A DNA stretch of 63,776 nt, counting the filler, from Folioceros fuciformis (lineage: Eukaryota), in assembly GCA_049999805.1 (NCBI GenBank). It is 10 parts of 10 records of this genome, joined end to end, with 100 filler letters (N's around TTAATTAATTAA, not from the genome) between each part and the next. Parts side by side here need not be neighbours in the genome. Positions count along the whole stretch, not along the records: positions 30,935 to 45,293 come from JBNGIO010002625.1; positions 45,394 to 49,413 come from JBNGIO010002626.1; 8 more parts are not named here. The stretch is one strand, 5' to 3'. The position numbers were made by a program, and so were the translations under genes. How positions within the stretch are numbered: the first letter of the stretch is position 1; every line of letters begins with the position of its first letter. Under the pieces are notes generated by a model. The model searched no databases, had not been told where the DNA came from, and worked only from the letters and a program-made list of their open reading frames with translations. Positions 35,834-46,587 of the stretch are shown piece by piece.

Positions 35834-38800
35834 TCAGTCCTGTTCCTGTTTGATCCATTCCCTACTTTTATAGTGACTAGAATACCTACTCTGATAATAT
35901 GTGGAATCCAGCTCCCTGTCCACAGTACCTTCCCACCTGTCTTCTCTCCTCACAGAGTTGTCGTCTCGAAGGTGGTGACTGCTTCTTCCCGGTGATCTGC
36001 GGCCCTGTTGTTCAGGGCGTCTGGTCTTTTCTGTTCTCTGTCTACTAGAACTTTCATAGTTCTCAAAGCGAGAAAGATCATGGGCTGTGCCATCCCGACT
36101 TCGACTCTGCTTGTCATGCCGGCTTTTCTGGTGTCCAAGGTCACCATCGCCGGTCTCAACTGTTCGTGCCATATATTTTCCAGTGTCATGTCTGCTGCAT
36201 AGAGAGAAACTCCTATTCCGGTGCGGCCTTGAACCAATTGGCTCCTGTGTTGAAGTTTCAGACTTAGGTTCTTGCTGAGCTCTTTGAGAGGAACGCCTGT
36301 CCCGGTGTGGCCTTGACTCATTTAGATCCTGCGTCAAAGTTTCAGCCTTTGATTCTGGCTGCACTCTTTGAGAGGAAGGTCTATCTCGGTGTGGCCTAGA
36401 ATCAGGCTCCTTTGTCACAGTTTCAGCCTCAGGTCCTTGCTGAAATCTTTGAGAAAAACTTCTATCCCGGTGTGGCCTTGAATTAATTGGCTCCTGTGTT
36501 AAAGTTTCAGTTTTAAGTTCTTGCTGAACTCTATGAGAGAAACTTCTATCCCGGTATGACCTTGAATCAGTTGGCTTCTGTGTCAAAGATTCAGCCCAGG
36601 GTTCGTGCTGAACTACTAATTCAGCATTCACAACTCCTGCAAGCTCCTTCAAACTGGATGAAGGGCTACTGACAACGCCATTCTTGACAAAGCAACCAAT
36701 ACCACCTACATCCATGATTTCTTGCATATGCCCATCAATTATATCACGCAGCACCTGTTAAGAGAGATAAGAAATTGTGAATAAGAACATATTGCCATGA
36801 GCTAGAAACCCAGCGATAATACAAAGTACATTTAGAAGAGTCAATCAAATTCATGCACCTTCTGTTTTGAAAACTTTCCACAAACTCACCTGGGTAGGAG
36901 TTCTTCGGACCTTCTTCCCCTTGTATGACATCCGCCTCCTCTTGTAATCTCTTTCCTCAGCTAGGAGCTCCTCCTTTGTCTTCCTCTTTTTAGGGTCCTG
37001 ATAGATAACAGAAGCTCACAGAACAAGTTAGACAAAGAGGTCATCAAACCTACAACACATACATCAAGGTCTACATAGACCAGTACCTGCTGCTGGTTGC
37101 GGTTCCAAATCAGACCATCATGCTGTAACACAGGTCTGATGAAAGGCCGCTTAAGCCGCTCAGCAGCAGCACAGTTCACAATGCCATCGTACTCCAGCAA
37201 CCTACAAATGACAAGCTTAGGTCACAGGGGGTTCTACCTATTGAAAAAGTGATAAGTCTGCACTGTTAGCACTTACAACTGAGCTCTGGAATTATCCTTG
37301 TCTTTCATAAGCGCCATCAACGTCCGTTCAAGACCTGCACGTTCCTCAAGAGCAGACACAGCAGCTACCACCATCGGTCTCCTCACCGTACCCTCCAAGA
37401 TACTACGCCTCTCCTCGTCATCTATGCTAACATTCCCCGCCTGTACTGCTTCAAGTGTATCATTTTGGAAATGACTTGCTGTCCTCTGTGCAAGGGGCTT
37501 GTTCTCTACTCCCTCGTCACACTCTGAACAATTTCCTGCATATGTCTTCACTACATCCATTGCTACTGGTGTCTCCTGGTCACTTTGCAAAGAGAGAGGG
37601 TCTTCCTTTGCTACCCCTCCGCTTAATCTGAAATAAGAAGATGCCAGCTTGCAGCCAGAGCAGATGACAGCACGGCTGAATACCCCTAAGGTAATTGACT
37701 TCGCACTCGCTTTACTATACACAATTTCCAGTAGAGAAGCTAACCAGTTCCCAGCAGCTTCAAACATGTCTGAGTGGAGATCCTGTGAATACTGGATCCC
37801 TTGTCCTGGTAAGGGCAGTCCCCGTGACTCCCGGTGAAGGGCTCTGAAGCAAACAACCACAAGGCGAGAAATATGCCTCACCATATCCATGTCAAGAACG
37901 AGTCCGTAATACGGGGAATTCATAAGCAGCCATTGAATAATATCCCCACATTTCACCCCGTGCAAACAAAGAAGAGCTTTGTGCACCGGCGCCGAGTATG
38001 CTTTGGGAAAGTCCTTCCAGCCTCCCACTTCCTTCTTCAACGCCCATAAACTTGAAGGAAGAAGATAAGCATCCTCTTGGTCATTGCTCCTGATTTGTCT
38101 TGTCGACTCCTCTTCTGCATCTCCGAGGCAATCCAAGACCTCCACCTCCAACTCTGACAATAAGAAATCCGGGAGAGGTATTGAACTGCTTGTCAATCCA
38201 GGGAGCATGTCTGATTGGCCAGCCCGTACAACAGCAGGGGCATCGTCATACAGATAGTGCCCACCCCAAAGATCAAGAATCCGGTGCTTTCCAGATGCAG
38301 GGTCTGAGCTAGTCTCCCCATCGGTAAGGTCCAACGTAGCCTGCTCACGACCCGTATATTTCAACTTCGAGAGCAAAGAAGATCCGTCTTGCATAAAGCT
38401 TAGGGGAGAAGAAGGGCAGCGGAATATGTGCTCAAAAAGCAAACCAGGAGGCATACGGTGTTGAGGGTCCGACGGGCAAGTTACCATACAAGGCAACTGT
38501 GCAGCAGACTCCAAACCCACAACCTTCAATGCTTGGGACAAAACCTTTTCAGCACGCTCAATGCTTTTCTGAACCTCCGCCACAACATCCTTCAGATCAA
38601 CATCCCTGTCACTGTGTGATTGCCCTCCAGATGCATCTTCATCAGCATTGCCAAGGCCTGCATGACCCAAATCAGGTAACTCTATCAACAGCTGACCATT
38701 CCCTGTCGCGGCTGACGAACACGCTGCAGCAGTCGGTGGCAAGTTCCCCGGTGGCCGCAAACTTCCTTGTGGGCCTTCCCAGCTCTGGAGCCCAAATCCC

Positions 38801-39204
38801 CTTGCCCACTGGCTCATCTGAGGGCCAGGAGGAGGATGGCCATACAGAGGAGGTCGGAATTGGGTCGGTACAAAGCGTTGGACCGGTGCAAACCCTTGAG
38901 GACCCCAGGGCACGTAGCCTGCGTAGCTTCCGCCCGCTTGCCGAGATCCTGGATACCCATGCATCATCATCTGCTGCTGCTGTTGCTGCAGAGGAGGAGG
39001 AGGAGGACGCGTCATCCCACCTGGAAACTGCGACCTTGGATCTTGGAATGGAAGCGCGAACTGTGGCTGCTGCTGTGGCACGTAATGCGGTCCCTGGAAT
39101 CCATGAGGTCGAAAACAAGGGGGAGGGGGAAGGGAAGGATCTGCCATCGCTCCTGCTGCTGCTACGTCGTCAGTGCTCCTCCAAGCAGGCCATGTTGGGT
39201 CCAT
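35834..39204 (-). CDS. SNRNP48: U11/U12 snRNP 48 kDa protein (exons 39204-37277, 37201-37087, 36997-36890, 36754-35834)
   Basis: CHHC zinc finger CPSDPQHRMPPGLLFEHIFRC, conserved KTKEELLAEERDYKRRRMSYKGKK...TQVLRDII, and an RS/RD-rich C-terminus. GT-AG introns are in frame. Confidence 0.9.
36203..36595 (-). repeat. Coding tandem repeat: ~5 units of 81-84 bp (27-28 aa, ETLTQEP.SRPHRDRSFSQR.QQEP)
   Basis: Visible in ORF 35834-36754. Confidence 0.88.
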
Positions 39205-39642
39205 GTCATTTGAAAACAGAAATTTCCCCTTCCGACTAAGCTGAGTTCGTTTGTCATGCTTCTACTAGCGGAAGAATGTTCTCATGAAGCCAACTTTCCT
39301 CCGCCCTGCCCTTTCCCTCAGAACGTCCTTCCTCTTCCCGCCATCAACACTTCATTCCAACTCATATTTGCTTTGCAAACCATTGGCACCGAAGCCTTCG
39401 AAGGCGAGGAATAAGAATCCTACCTCGCCGTGTGAACGACCACCGGTCAGACATCGGCAAAGCGAAACCCGAAGAGGAGAAAGTAAAAAGGACTTTGTAG
39501 TCCACGGTAACCAAGCAAGAGCTCAAGAAGGGAGGCCACGATTTTAGAGTTGCTAAAAGTGAAATAAATAGGATTTTTCAATTCTCGGAACGGAACGACA
39601 GATGATGGGAGGATACTTTTGGGTCAACATGAATGAAATCCT

Positions 39643-39668
39643 AGACCCTGAAACCCCTAAACCCTAAA
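39643..39668. promoter_or_regulatory. Telo-box-like cluster (AAACCCTA) upstream of SNRNP48
   Basis: agaccctgaaacccctaaaccctaaa lies ~450 bp upstream of the start codon. Telo-boxes are common in promoters of plant RNA-processing and translation genes. Confidence 0.4.
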
Positions 39669-40118
39669 TATAATAAAATATTTTAAATAAATAGATTCGC
39701 ATTGTACCTAGAAATAACTCGAATGTCACACGGAGGATGGCAAAGAGCGCGAGAAGACTGATATACTTATATACTTATATACTTATATAGGTGAGCCTTG
39801 CTTCGTTCATCCCAGACCAAACATTCTTGGGCGGTAGACGATTTTGTGATTGGCACCCTGAGTGCTAAATTGCTAGGCTATAGACCTTCCTCCAAGAGCC
39901 AGACTAATCTGACTCTTGGAGGACGGTCTGTCCAGCCGCAAGGTAGCTGACAAAAGGTGAAGCAGATCGTAAGCGAAATCAAGGCTTCTCAGATCTGCTC
40001 CTAGATCCTGATGATGATTCTAAGTCCTCTGGACGCGCACAACGCAAACAGGCCGGGAGAAAATGGAAGCTTCTCAGATCAGCTCACGGAGCCCACATAT
40101 TGAGGCCGAGCACCGACC

Positions 40119-40195
40119 TCAGTAGGGTCGCTGTCCTATGAAGTTCCCTGGTGGATTGTAGCTGCATATATGAAGACGGAAGAATCTAAGCAATC
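40119..40195 (-). pseudogene. Duplicated, frameshifted last-exon fragment of a PR-1/CAP gene
   Basis: CLDSSVFI/CSYNPPGNFIGQRPY* parallels CKDSSIFIICSYNPPGNYIGERPY* at 41122-41200, with a 1-nt deletion. The downstream motif gcttctcagatc.gctc is also duplicated. Confidence 0.75.
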
Positions 40196-41121
40196 TTTTA
40201 AGAAGGTCATCTTGTGTGGGTACAGGGTTTTTATCTTCTTCACGCTTTCCACAACCACCACACCAAGAGAAAAGAACGTGACACCTTGCACTGTATTCCC
40301 CAAGGCGATAGAATTCTTCTTCTTCTTCTTCCTCTCTGCAATGCAGGGAAGCAGCATTGAGGAGGTAGGCAGTCCATGGTGTGGGTAGGTAGGCAGGATG
40401 TCCGCTTGAATTGGATGCCCACACGAAGGACGAAGCTGATTTGATCCATACAACTATGAGAACATATGGAGAAAGCTCATCTAATGAAAAACCCACGAGG
40501 GATACATTTTTACTCATCCTAGAAACAACTCAAATCAATGCGTAGCACTGAATGGTCGCAAGCTTGAAAGGATAAGACAAGGCAAGCGGAAGCTTACCAT
40601 AAATGCTCTAGACTGATCAAGCTAATTCTAGAACTTTTTCCTTGAGGGACACATCGTGGAAACAACTCAAATCAGTGCACAGCACTGAATGGTCGCAAAA
40701 TTGCCAGCATGGTCACAGCACCATTGAAGCTTACCTAGTGTACATGCATCAATGCGAGCAGATTGGCTAGCCCCACTAAACTAACATCTAGACTTTCGGA
40801 CGATGGTCTTTCCCTCTTTACGCTGAGTTAGGGTAGCAGACGAAGACCTTTGGCAATTCCAAGCCCAAAGAATCACCAAGTTCTAACCTCTAACAATGTA
40901 GGTCGACCACAAGGAATGTGTGGAAACAAGTCTTGTCAAGCACAGAGCGAATAGACCGGAAGCAAAATGAAAGCTTCACAGATCTGCTCACACTCTGGGC
41001 CCAATAGCAATCTGGGTCCTCTGAACCGGCAAGCGCACAATGCATGTGAAAGCAGACCGGGAGCAAAATCGAAGCTTCTCAGATCTGCTCACATACTCAA
41101 ATGCCGCGCACTGCTCTGAAT

Positions 41122-42352
41122 TCAGTAAGGCCTCTCTCCAATGTAGTTCCCTGGTGGGTTGTAGCTGCAAATGATGAAGATGGAGGAATCTTTACACTTG
41201 ATTGTAGCACATCCGAGATGGGTGGTAGATTTCCACACAACCTGCAGCCGTCCAACAGGTAAATGCATGTGACAGAGGAATGTGAATTCAAGCAGGCTTG
41301 AACTAGATTTGCAACAAAAAGTTGCCGAATGCAATCTAGCAGAAGCGATTGCGTGAAGCCTGTAGTACCTGAGTGTAATGCCCACACATCTGGCCTGCCG
41401 CGCAGCTGTTGGTGGCATGGTTGTAGTACTTCTCCTCGTTCGTCCAAGTCCATACTGCATCACCCGCGTTGTAGGGAGCTCCAGAGCCCCAGAACAGATT
41501 CTCGCCGTATGGCCCATCAGAGTGCACCAGATTGCAGTTATCCCTGTCCCGCTGATGGTTCCCCCACCGCCGCGCGTAGTTTTCCAGCACGCGGTCCCAT
41601 TTTAGAGGAGGAAGCGACTTCTTTGCTCGGGCAGCATTGTGCGGCTCCAGAAAAGAACGCTGGTGAGCGATGTCCGACGAAGAAGACGAGGACGGCGCAT
41701 CCGCCCGGGAAGCTCTAAGAGGTGGTGGTCTGGACCGAATCCTGTGGCCTCCACTCACCTCCCTGCTGCTGGGCTTCTTCTGCGCTGGCTCTGGAGCAGG
41801 AGCAGATGCAGAAGCAGGAGCCGCAACAGAAGCAGGAGAAGGAGCAGGAGCAGGGGCAGGAGCCGGAGGCGTTCTGGGCTCATTAGCCGGATGGGGAACA
41901 GGAGGAGGAGATCTAGAGCTCCGAGGACCGTAGACCGGTGGTGGTGATCTCAAAGCCTTGGGATCACGGCGATGGAATTTCTTGCTCCCGATCTTGCGGG
42001 ATTTGAAGTATTGCTCACCGTGTCCGGACGTCTTTATCTTCAGATCGCTGGGGAGCAGTTTCGGCTTCGACCTGGGCCTCAACTTGGTCTGCTTCCGGGG
42101 CCCCAAGTCCTTGTACCCTTCGTACATCTCGGAACGCGTAAGCAGCGATCGGTGCAACAACGAGTCGGAGTCGCCGGCACGATCTAGCTCGTGCCCTGTG
42201 GGCGCCCGATGCTCCGTTACAGCATCCTCAGACAGGGTGTAGAGTCCCTGGGTCTCCTGCGAAGCTGTGATGCCGGATCCATCCACGCCGACCGCAAGCG
42301 GCACTAGCAGTCCCAAAGCCAGGGCAGCGAGGGCGGAGAGGGAGCTCCTCAT
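41122..42352 (-). CDS. Secreted PR-1/CAP (SCP) domain protein with long basic and Pro/Ala-rich N-terminal extension (exons 42352-41369, 41241-41122)
   Basis: Signal peptide MRSSLSALAALALGLLVPLAVG. CAP motifs FLEPHNAAR, PLKWD, HSDGPYGENL, CGHYTQ/VVW and CSYNPPGNYIGERPY. One GT-AG intron. Confidence 0.92.
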
Positions 42353-44264
42353 GGTGGGCGGTACTGAATTCAGGAGATTGAGCCTCTCAGATCCGGATCG
42401 CCATCCACCAGACACACCAGTCCCCAGTCCCGGCCCCTGGAGCAGCAGCAGGAGGGAAGGACAGCAGAGGGAAGAAGGCCAATTGAATGCAGGTGGAGAG
42501 ATGCGGCTGGATTTAAAGGCATGAGCAGCGGATGGCTCGGCAATGCAATGCAATCACTGCACCTCGTCCTTCATCGTGCGGTCCGGTCCTGTCTTCGGGC
42601 GGAATTGGCAGCAGGGTGGCTCGGCTGCTCCCTATTCTCAGCCTCAGACGACGTTCTGGCCGCCGTGCAGGAAAGAGAATAATGGTATTTCCGAGCACAA
42701 GGGATAGATTCCGTACCATCTCATTCTGTCTTCCTTGGGACCTCCCAGTGCGTTCCTGTTGCACCGCCCCCCAAGGGCGGGTAATAGACATCGCGCCAAG
42801 CAAGAGCGAAAAAGACTCTACAGTCATCTCGCCAAGCAACAGCCGCATCTTGCCAATCCGGAGTCAAAATGAGGAGAAGCCAGTGCATGTGCCAGGTATG
42901 AAATACCGATACGGTCAAAGGGTTGTTTTATAGAATGTTTTGTCCCTCCGTATACGGTCCAAATGTTTGAGCATCATCCCGCATCGTAGTCGGGAGCCAT
43001 TTGGGCGTCTAGATGGAGACAATGCAGCCTATGCTAAGGATTTGCCTAGCTTTTGAGCGGCTGTCAGGTGTTTTTCTTTCTGACATGTCTGTATCCTAGG
43101 CACCGGAAGCTCGCAAGGAAGAGCGCCCTGTTTTGAGAAGGAGAGTATTCAGGTTTAGGTCTAGTCCACGACGTGCATACCGGCACACTTACAAAAGCAA
43201 CATGGTTCCTCTATACAGCTACCCTATGTGCATGCACCTGAATCATGCATTCCTAAGGAACCAGCCTCATATAGTCTTTCTTGTGAAACTACAAACACAA
43301 ACTTTATGCTTCAAGTGCTTCTCAAAATCCACTTCATGCATGGAAAAAGCTCTCACGGGTTTTGGAATGTCCAAGGATTTCAGGCCGCTTACATCCCCAC
43401 TAAACAATCATTTTCAAGCCTGCATTTCCATCATACTATAACTTGAGGTTGCTCCATCAGTTTTGCTGCAAATGACAGCTTAAGAATTGTAGGTAAAAGA
43501 AGCCACTTGTAATTGCTGCTCTTACGGGGTTCACAAAAACATCAAGTTCATTAAGCTGGACCGCAAAGGCAAGAAGGCAACCTACAACACCTTCCATAAA
43601 ACATCTACAAACTATCAGCGCTGCTGCTACAAGATCAGTCTACCAATAGCAAATTCAAGAAAAACTCTAGAGGTTCACCATCTCTGTAGCACCAAGGCTT
43701 GTGCCTCTAACCTGCCTATACCTCCAGACCCTGCACGCCACATGCATCCCTAAACCTTGCAATCCTTAGCACGAGAGGCAGCCTCCACATCTGTTGCACA
43801 GTCACGTATGTTTGCCCTCAGCTTGCGCAAATTACTTTCTAGCGACTCCACCAAGCCTAGGCTGTTGTGCAAAGCATGCACTGCGTCTACTAGGGTGTCC
43901 GAGACATTGCCTCCGTTGTTGCCTCCTTTTGTTGCACGTCGCCCTTGTCTGCCACGAGCGAACCTCGCCGTGGAGGCACATAACAAGTTGTGCGCCTAAC
44001 TGTCGTATTCCGCCAAATTGGGCTTCGGGTGATTTATGTGTTATTTTTCGTGGCACATATCCATGATTCATGCTATTTGGTGTGGAAGACCCCCAAATGT
44101 ACAGAACAACGGTCACGACGAACTTTGTATTCATCATGTTTACCCAGAAACTAGGTAAAATTACAGGTCGCCAGCAGTAAAATTCCTTGATACTATCCAG
44201 TTCCACGGTTGGTCTGACACTACTGACTGCATCTAGACGGGACAATAATTTCCGAAATCGGAAT

Positions 44265-45293
44265 TACTAGAAATTGAAAAATGTTAAGGGTTTTTCAATA
44301 TCCACCATTTACGCATAGACGAAAGAAGTGCGCCGGTCTACTGGCGCACTCCTTGCTTCACTCCGCCGGTAGACCGACGCACTCCTTCAGGAAGTGTACT
44401 GAGTAGCTGGTGAACACCTGGATTGGGTCTGGGGAAAGTGCAACACAACTATTCAAAATGGTTCGCCGATAGGCAACGCACACACAGGCCGAGTTCGTCG
44501 CGATATATGCGCACTCCCACAAGGGTACTTATCAATAGCCAACCACAGCTCTCTGCAAACAATGTTTATATATATGAAGTGTGATATACATGAAAGTACT
44601 TAACCAGTATAGTCTAAGTTTCTGCAAGTTGGTCATCGATTTCATCTCGATGATTTTCTTGATCCCGCTTAAGCACATACAAGTTCTTTCTTATAAGGTT
44701 TCGAGTGCGAGCGTGCAGCTGTTTTTGACGAGTCAACTCAAATCCATACGCTAAAATAAACGTGTTCGCGATAGATATTGTGTCAATATGCTTCCGAAGT
44801 CTTCTGCTTGGCTGTCGCTTACGTCCTCGTCTAGAACCCATGGGAGGTTCTTCATTCAGCAATATCATCTCCTTTTGATATCGTCCTTCAAATGCATCTG
44901 AACATTTCGTGACCCACCAATGGACTGTGATACTATAAGTGTCATTTTCCTTCTGTGTGTCCAACAACACTTTGGCAATCCAAAAAGGCCTATTGTCTTC
45001 GTATGTCTCGCATGGGACAGCAATCATGTGCCCTACTTCTATCTCTAATACATCTCTACTGAAGCTGTCAACATCATTGCGAACGTGTGTGTCTCTTCTA
45101 TACGAACCCACATACATATCTCTTCTAGGAACTTCTCGTATCCTCGGGTTTTCCAAAACCACAGCATCTGGCACGAGTAACGGGGTATTCAACAACTCTA
45201 CCTCGTCGCGATTATACCATCGTCATGGCCACAAGAGGTCTTGCTACACACCCAAATTTATTATTTGAACGATGGCCTCTTGCTCTGCCCAAA
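44265..45293 (-). mobile_element. Probable DNA-transposon end with subterminal inverted repeats and an ORF fragment (44614-45195)
   Basis: A TACTAGAAA (CACTA-like) end at 44265 is followed by short palindromic repeats (agtgcgccggtctactggcgcact). The intronless ORF has PFWIAKV...ITVHWW. Cut by the gap. Confidence 0.45.
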
Positions 45294-45393
45294 NNNNNNN
45301 NNNNNNNNNNNNNNNNNNNNNNNNNNNNNNNNNNNNNTTAATTAATTAANNNNNNNNNNNNNNNNNNNNNNNNNNNNNNNNNNNNNNNNNNNN

Positions 45394-45854
45394 CCTCTAG
45401 CTCTAGCTAGGGCATGGCCTCCACAGCCGTTCATGCCAGCCAGGCAATCAGCCAGCCTATCGTCAGATCCTGACCCCTGACACTGACATACCCAGATACC
45501 CGTTCCTATGTTCAAACCATTATTATATTATTTTTAGTATTTAATATTATTATTATATTATTTAATCATTTAATATTATATATCTTTAATTAAAATTAAA
45601 CTAATCACCCAACCCTATGGCCTGGTACCAAACCTAAACCTTCCCAGGTCTGGGACCAAACCTATACCCACTCTTATAACCAAACCAACTATTTCCTGGT
45701 CAATTAACCTAAATAACACAAAGAAAAATAGGAAAAATGACCAGAAAATCAAGGAAAATTAGGGAAAATAAGTAGAAAAAGAAAACCAAACCATACCACT
45801 ATTAACCCTTTTTCAACCAAAACAAACTACCACCCCAAACTTTGGAGGTTCACA
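45394..45854 (-). mobile_element. 5' terminus of a family A element, reverse orientation
   Basis: Reverse complement of 9718-10176, ending ...tttggaggttcaca at 45854. Confidence 0.82.
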
Positions 45855-46587
45855 GTATGTGACTAAAGCGTGGGGATGTGCGAGTGAACGTGAGGAGTCT
45901 GGTCTGGGGTTACGAGTAGAACGCGGCAGTGGTGAGGGCGCGTTGATTGATTGAGAGCCGTGTATGTATGTGTATGTACGTTTATGTGTGTGTGTGGGTG
46001 AACTAAGCGCCTTCGATTTCTGAGAGGGGCAGAGAGTAGACGTGAGTGGATGGAAGGGTGTGTGTTGTGAGGGAAGGGTGATCGCCAGTACGAGAGAGAG
46101 GTCCGCGACGGATCTCGACCATCATGAGGCATAAGCTGGAAAAGTAAGTCGTGGGGTAAGTAGAGAGAGAGAGAGTACAAAGAGAGAGAAGGAGGAGAGA
46201 GTGGACCCCACCAAGGTAGCCGATTGGGCAACCGTCGTTGAAGGGCAACGGAAGTAGCGGAGCGTAGTGGTAGCCGTAGGGACGATGGAGTAGCCGAGAG
46301 TCAGTAGTTGGAGTGGCACGCCACCCGGTAGTTGAGTAGATCGTCAGGTAGCCCAGGGTTGTGGTAGTTGAGGGGCGACGGTGGTAGTTGAACCGCGAGA
46401 GGGTCAAGGTAGCCGAATAGGGGATTGGTAGATGAGTAACCCTGACCTTGGGTAGTAACTAACTTTGTGAGAAAAACTTGTGTTATTTAACAGAACTCAT
46501 TCCCTTGGGATCAAATCCCAGTGCTTAGCAACATAGAGGGTTTGTGTGGACCTCGCCGCACCCCCGGGTGCAATATTCTCCCCCACA
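45855..46587 (+). mobile_element. Family C terminal fragment ending ...CCCCACA, opposite orientation to the adjacent C copy
   Basis: 46470-46587 is the reverse complement of 59552-59670. Confidence 0.7.

Noticed and set aside
38499-39239. 246-aa plus-strand ORF
   Set aside because: Antisense shadow of the GC-rich first exon of SNRNP48.
39761-39789. (atatactt)n short repeat
   Set aside because: Ordinary simple-sequence repeat.
43750-44245. Minus-strand ORFs with a helical-looking segment
   Set aside because: No ATG-led frame, motif or splice structure I can support.
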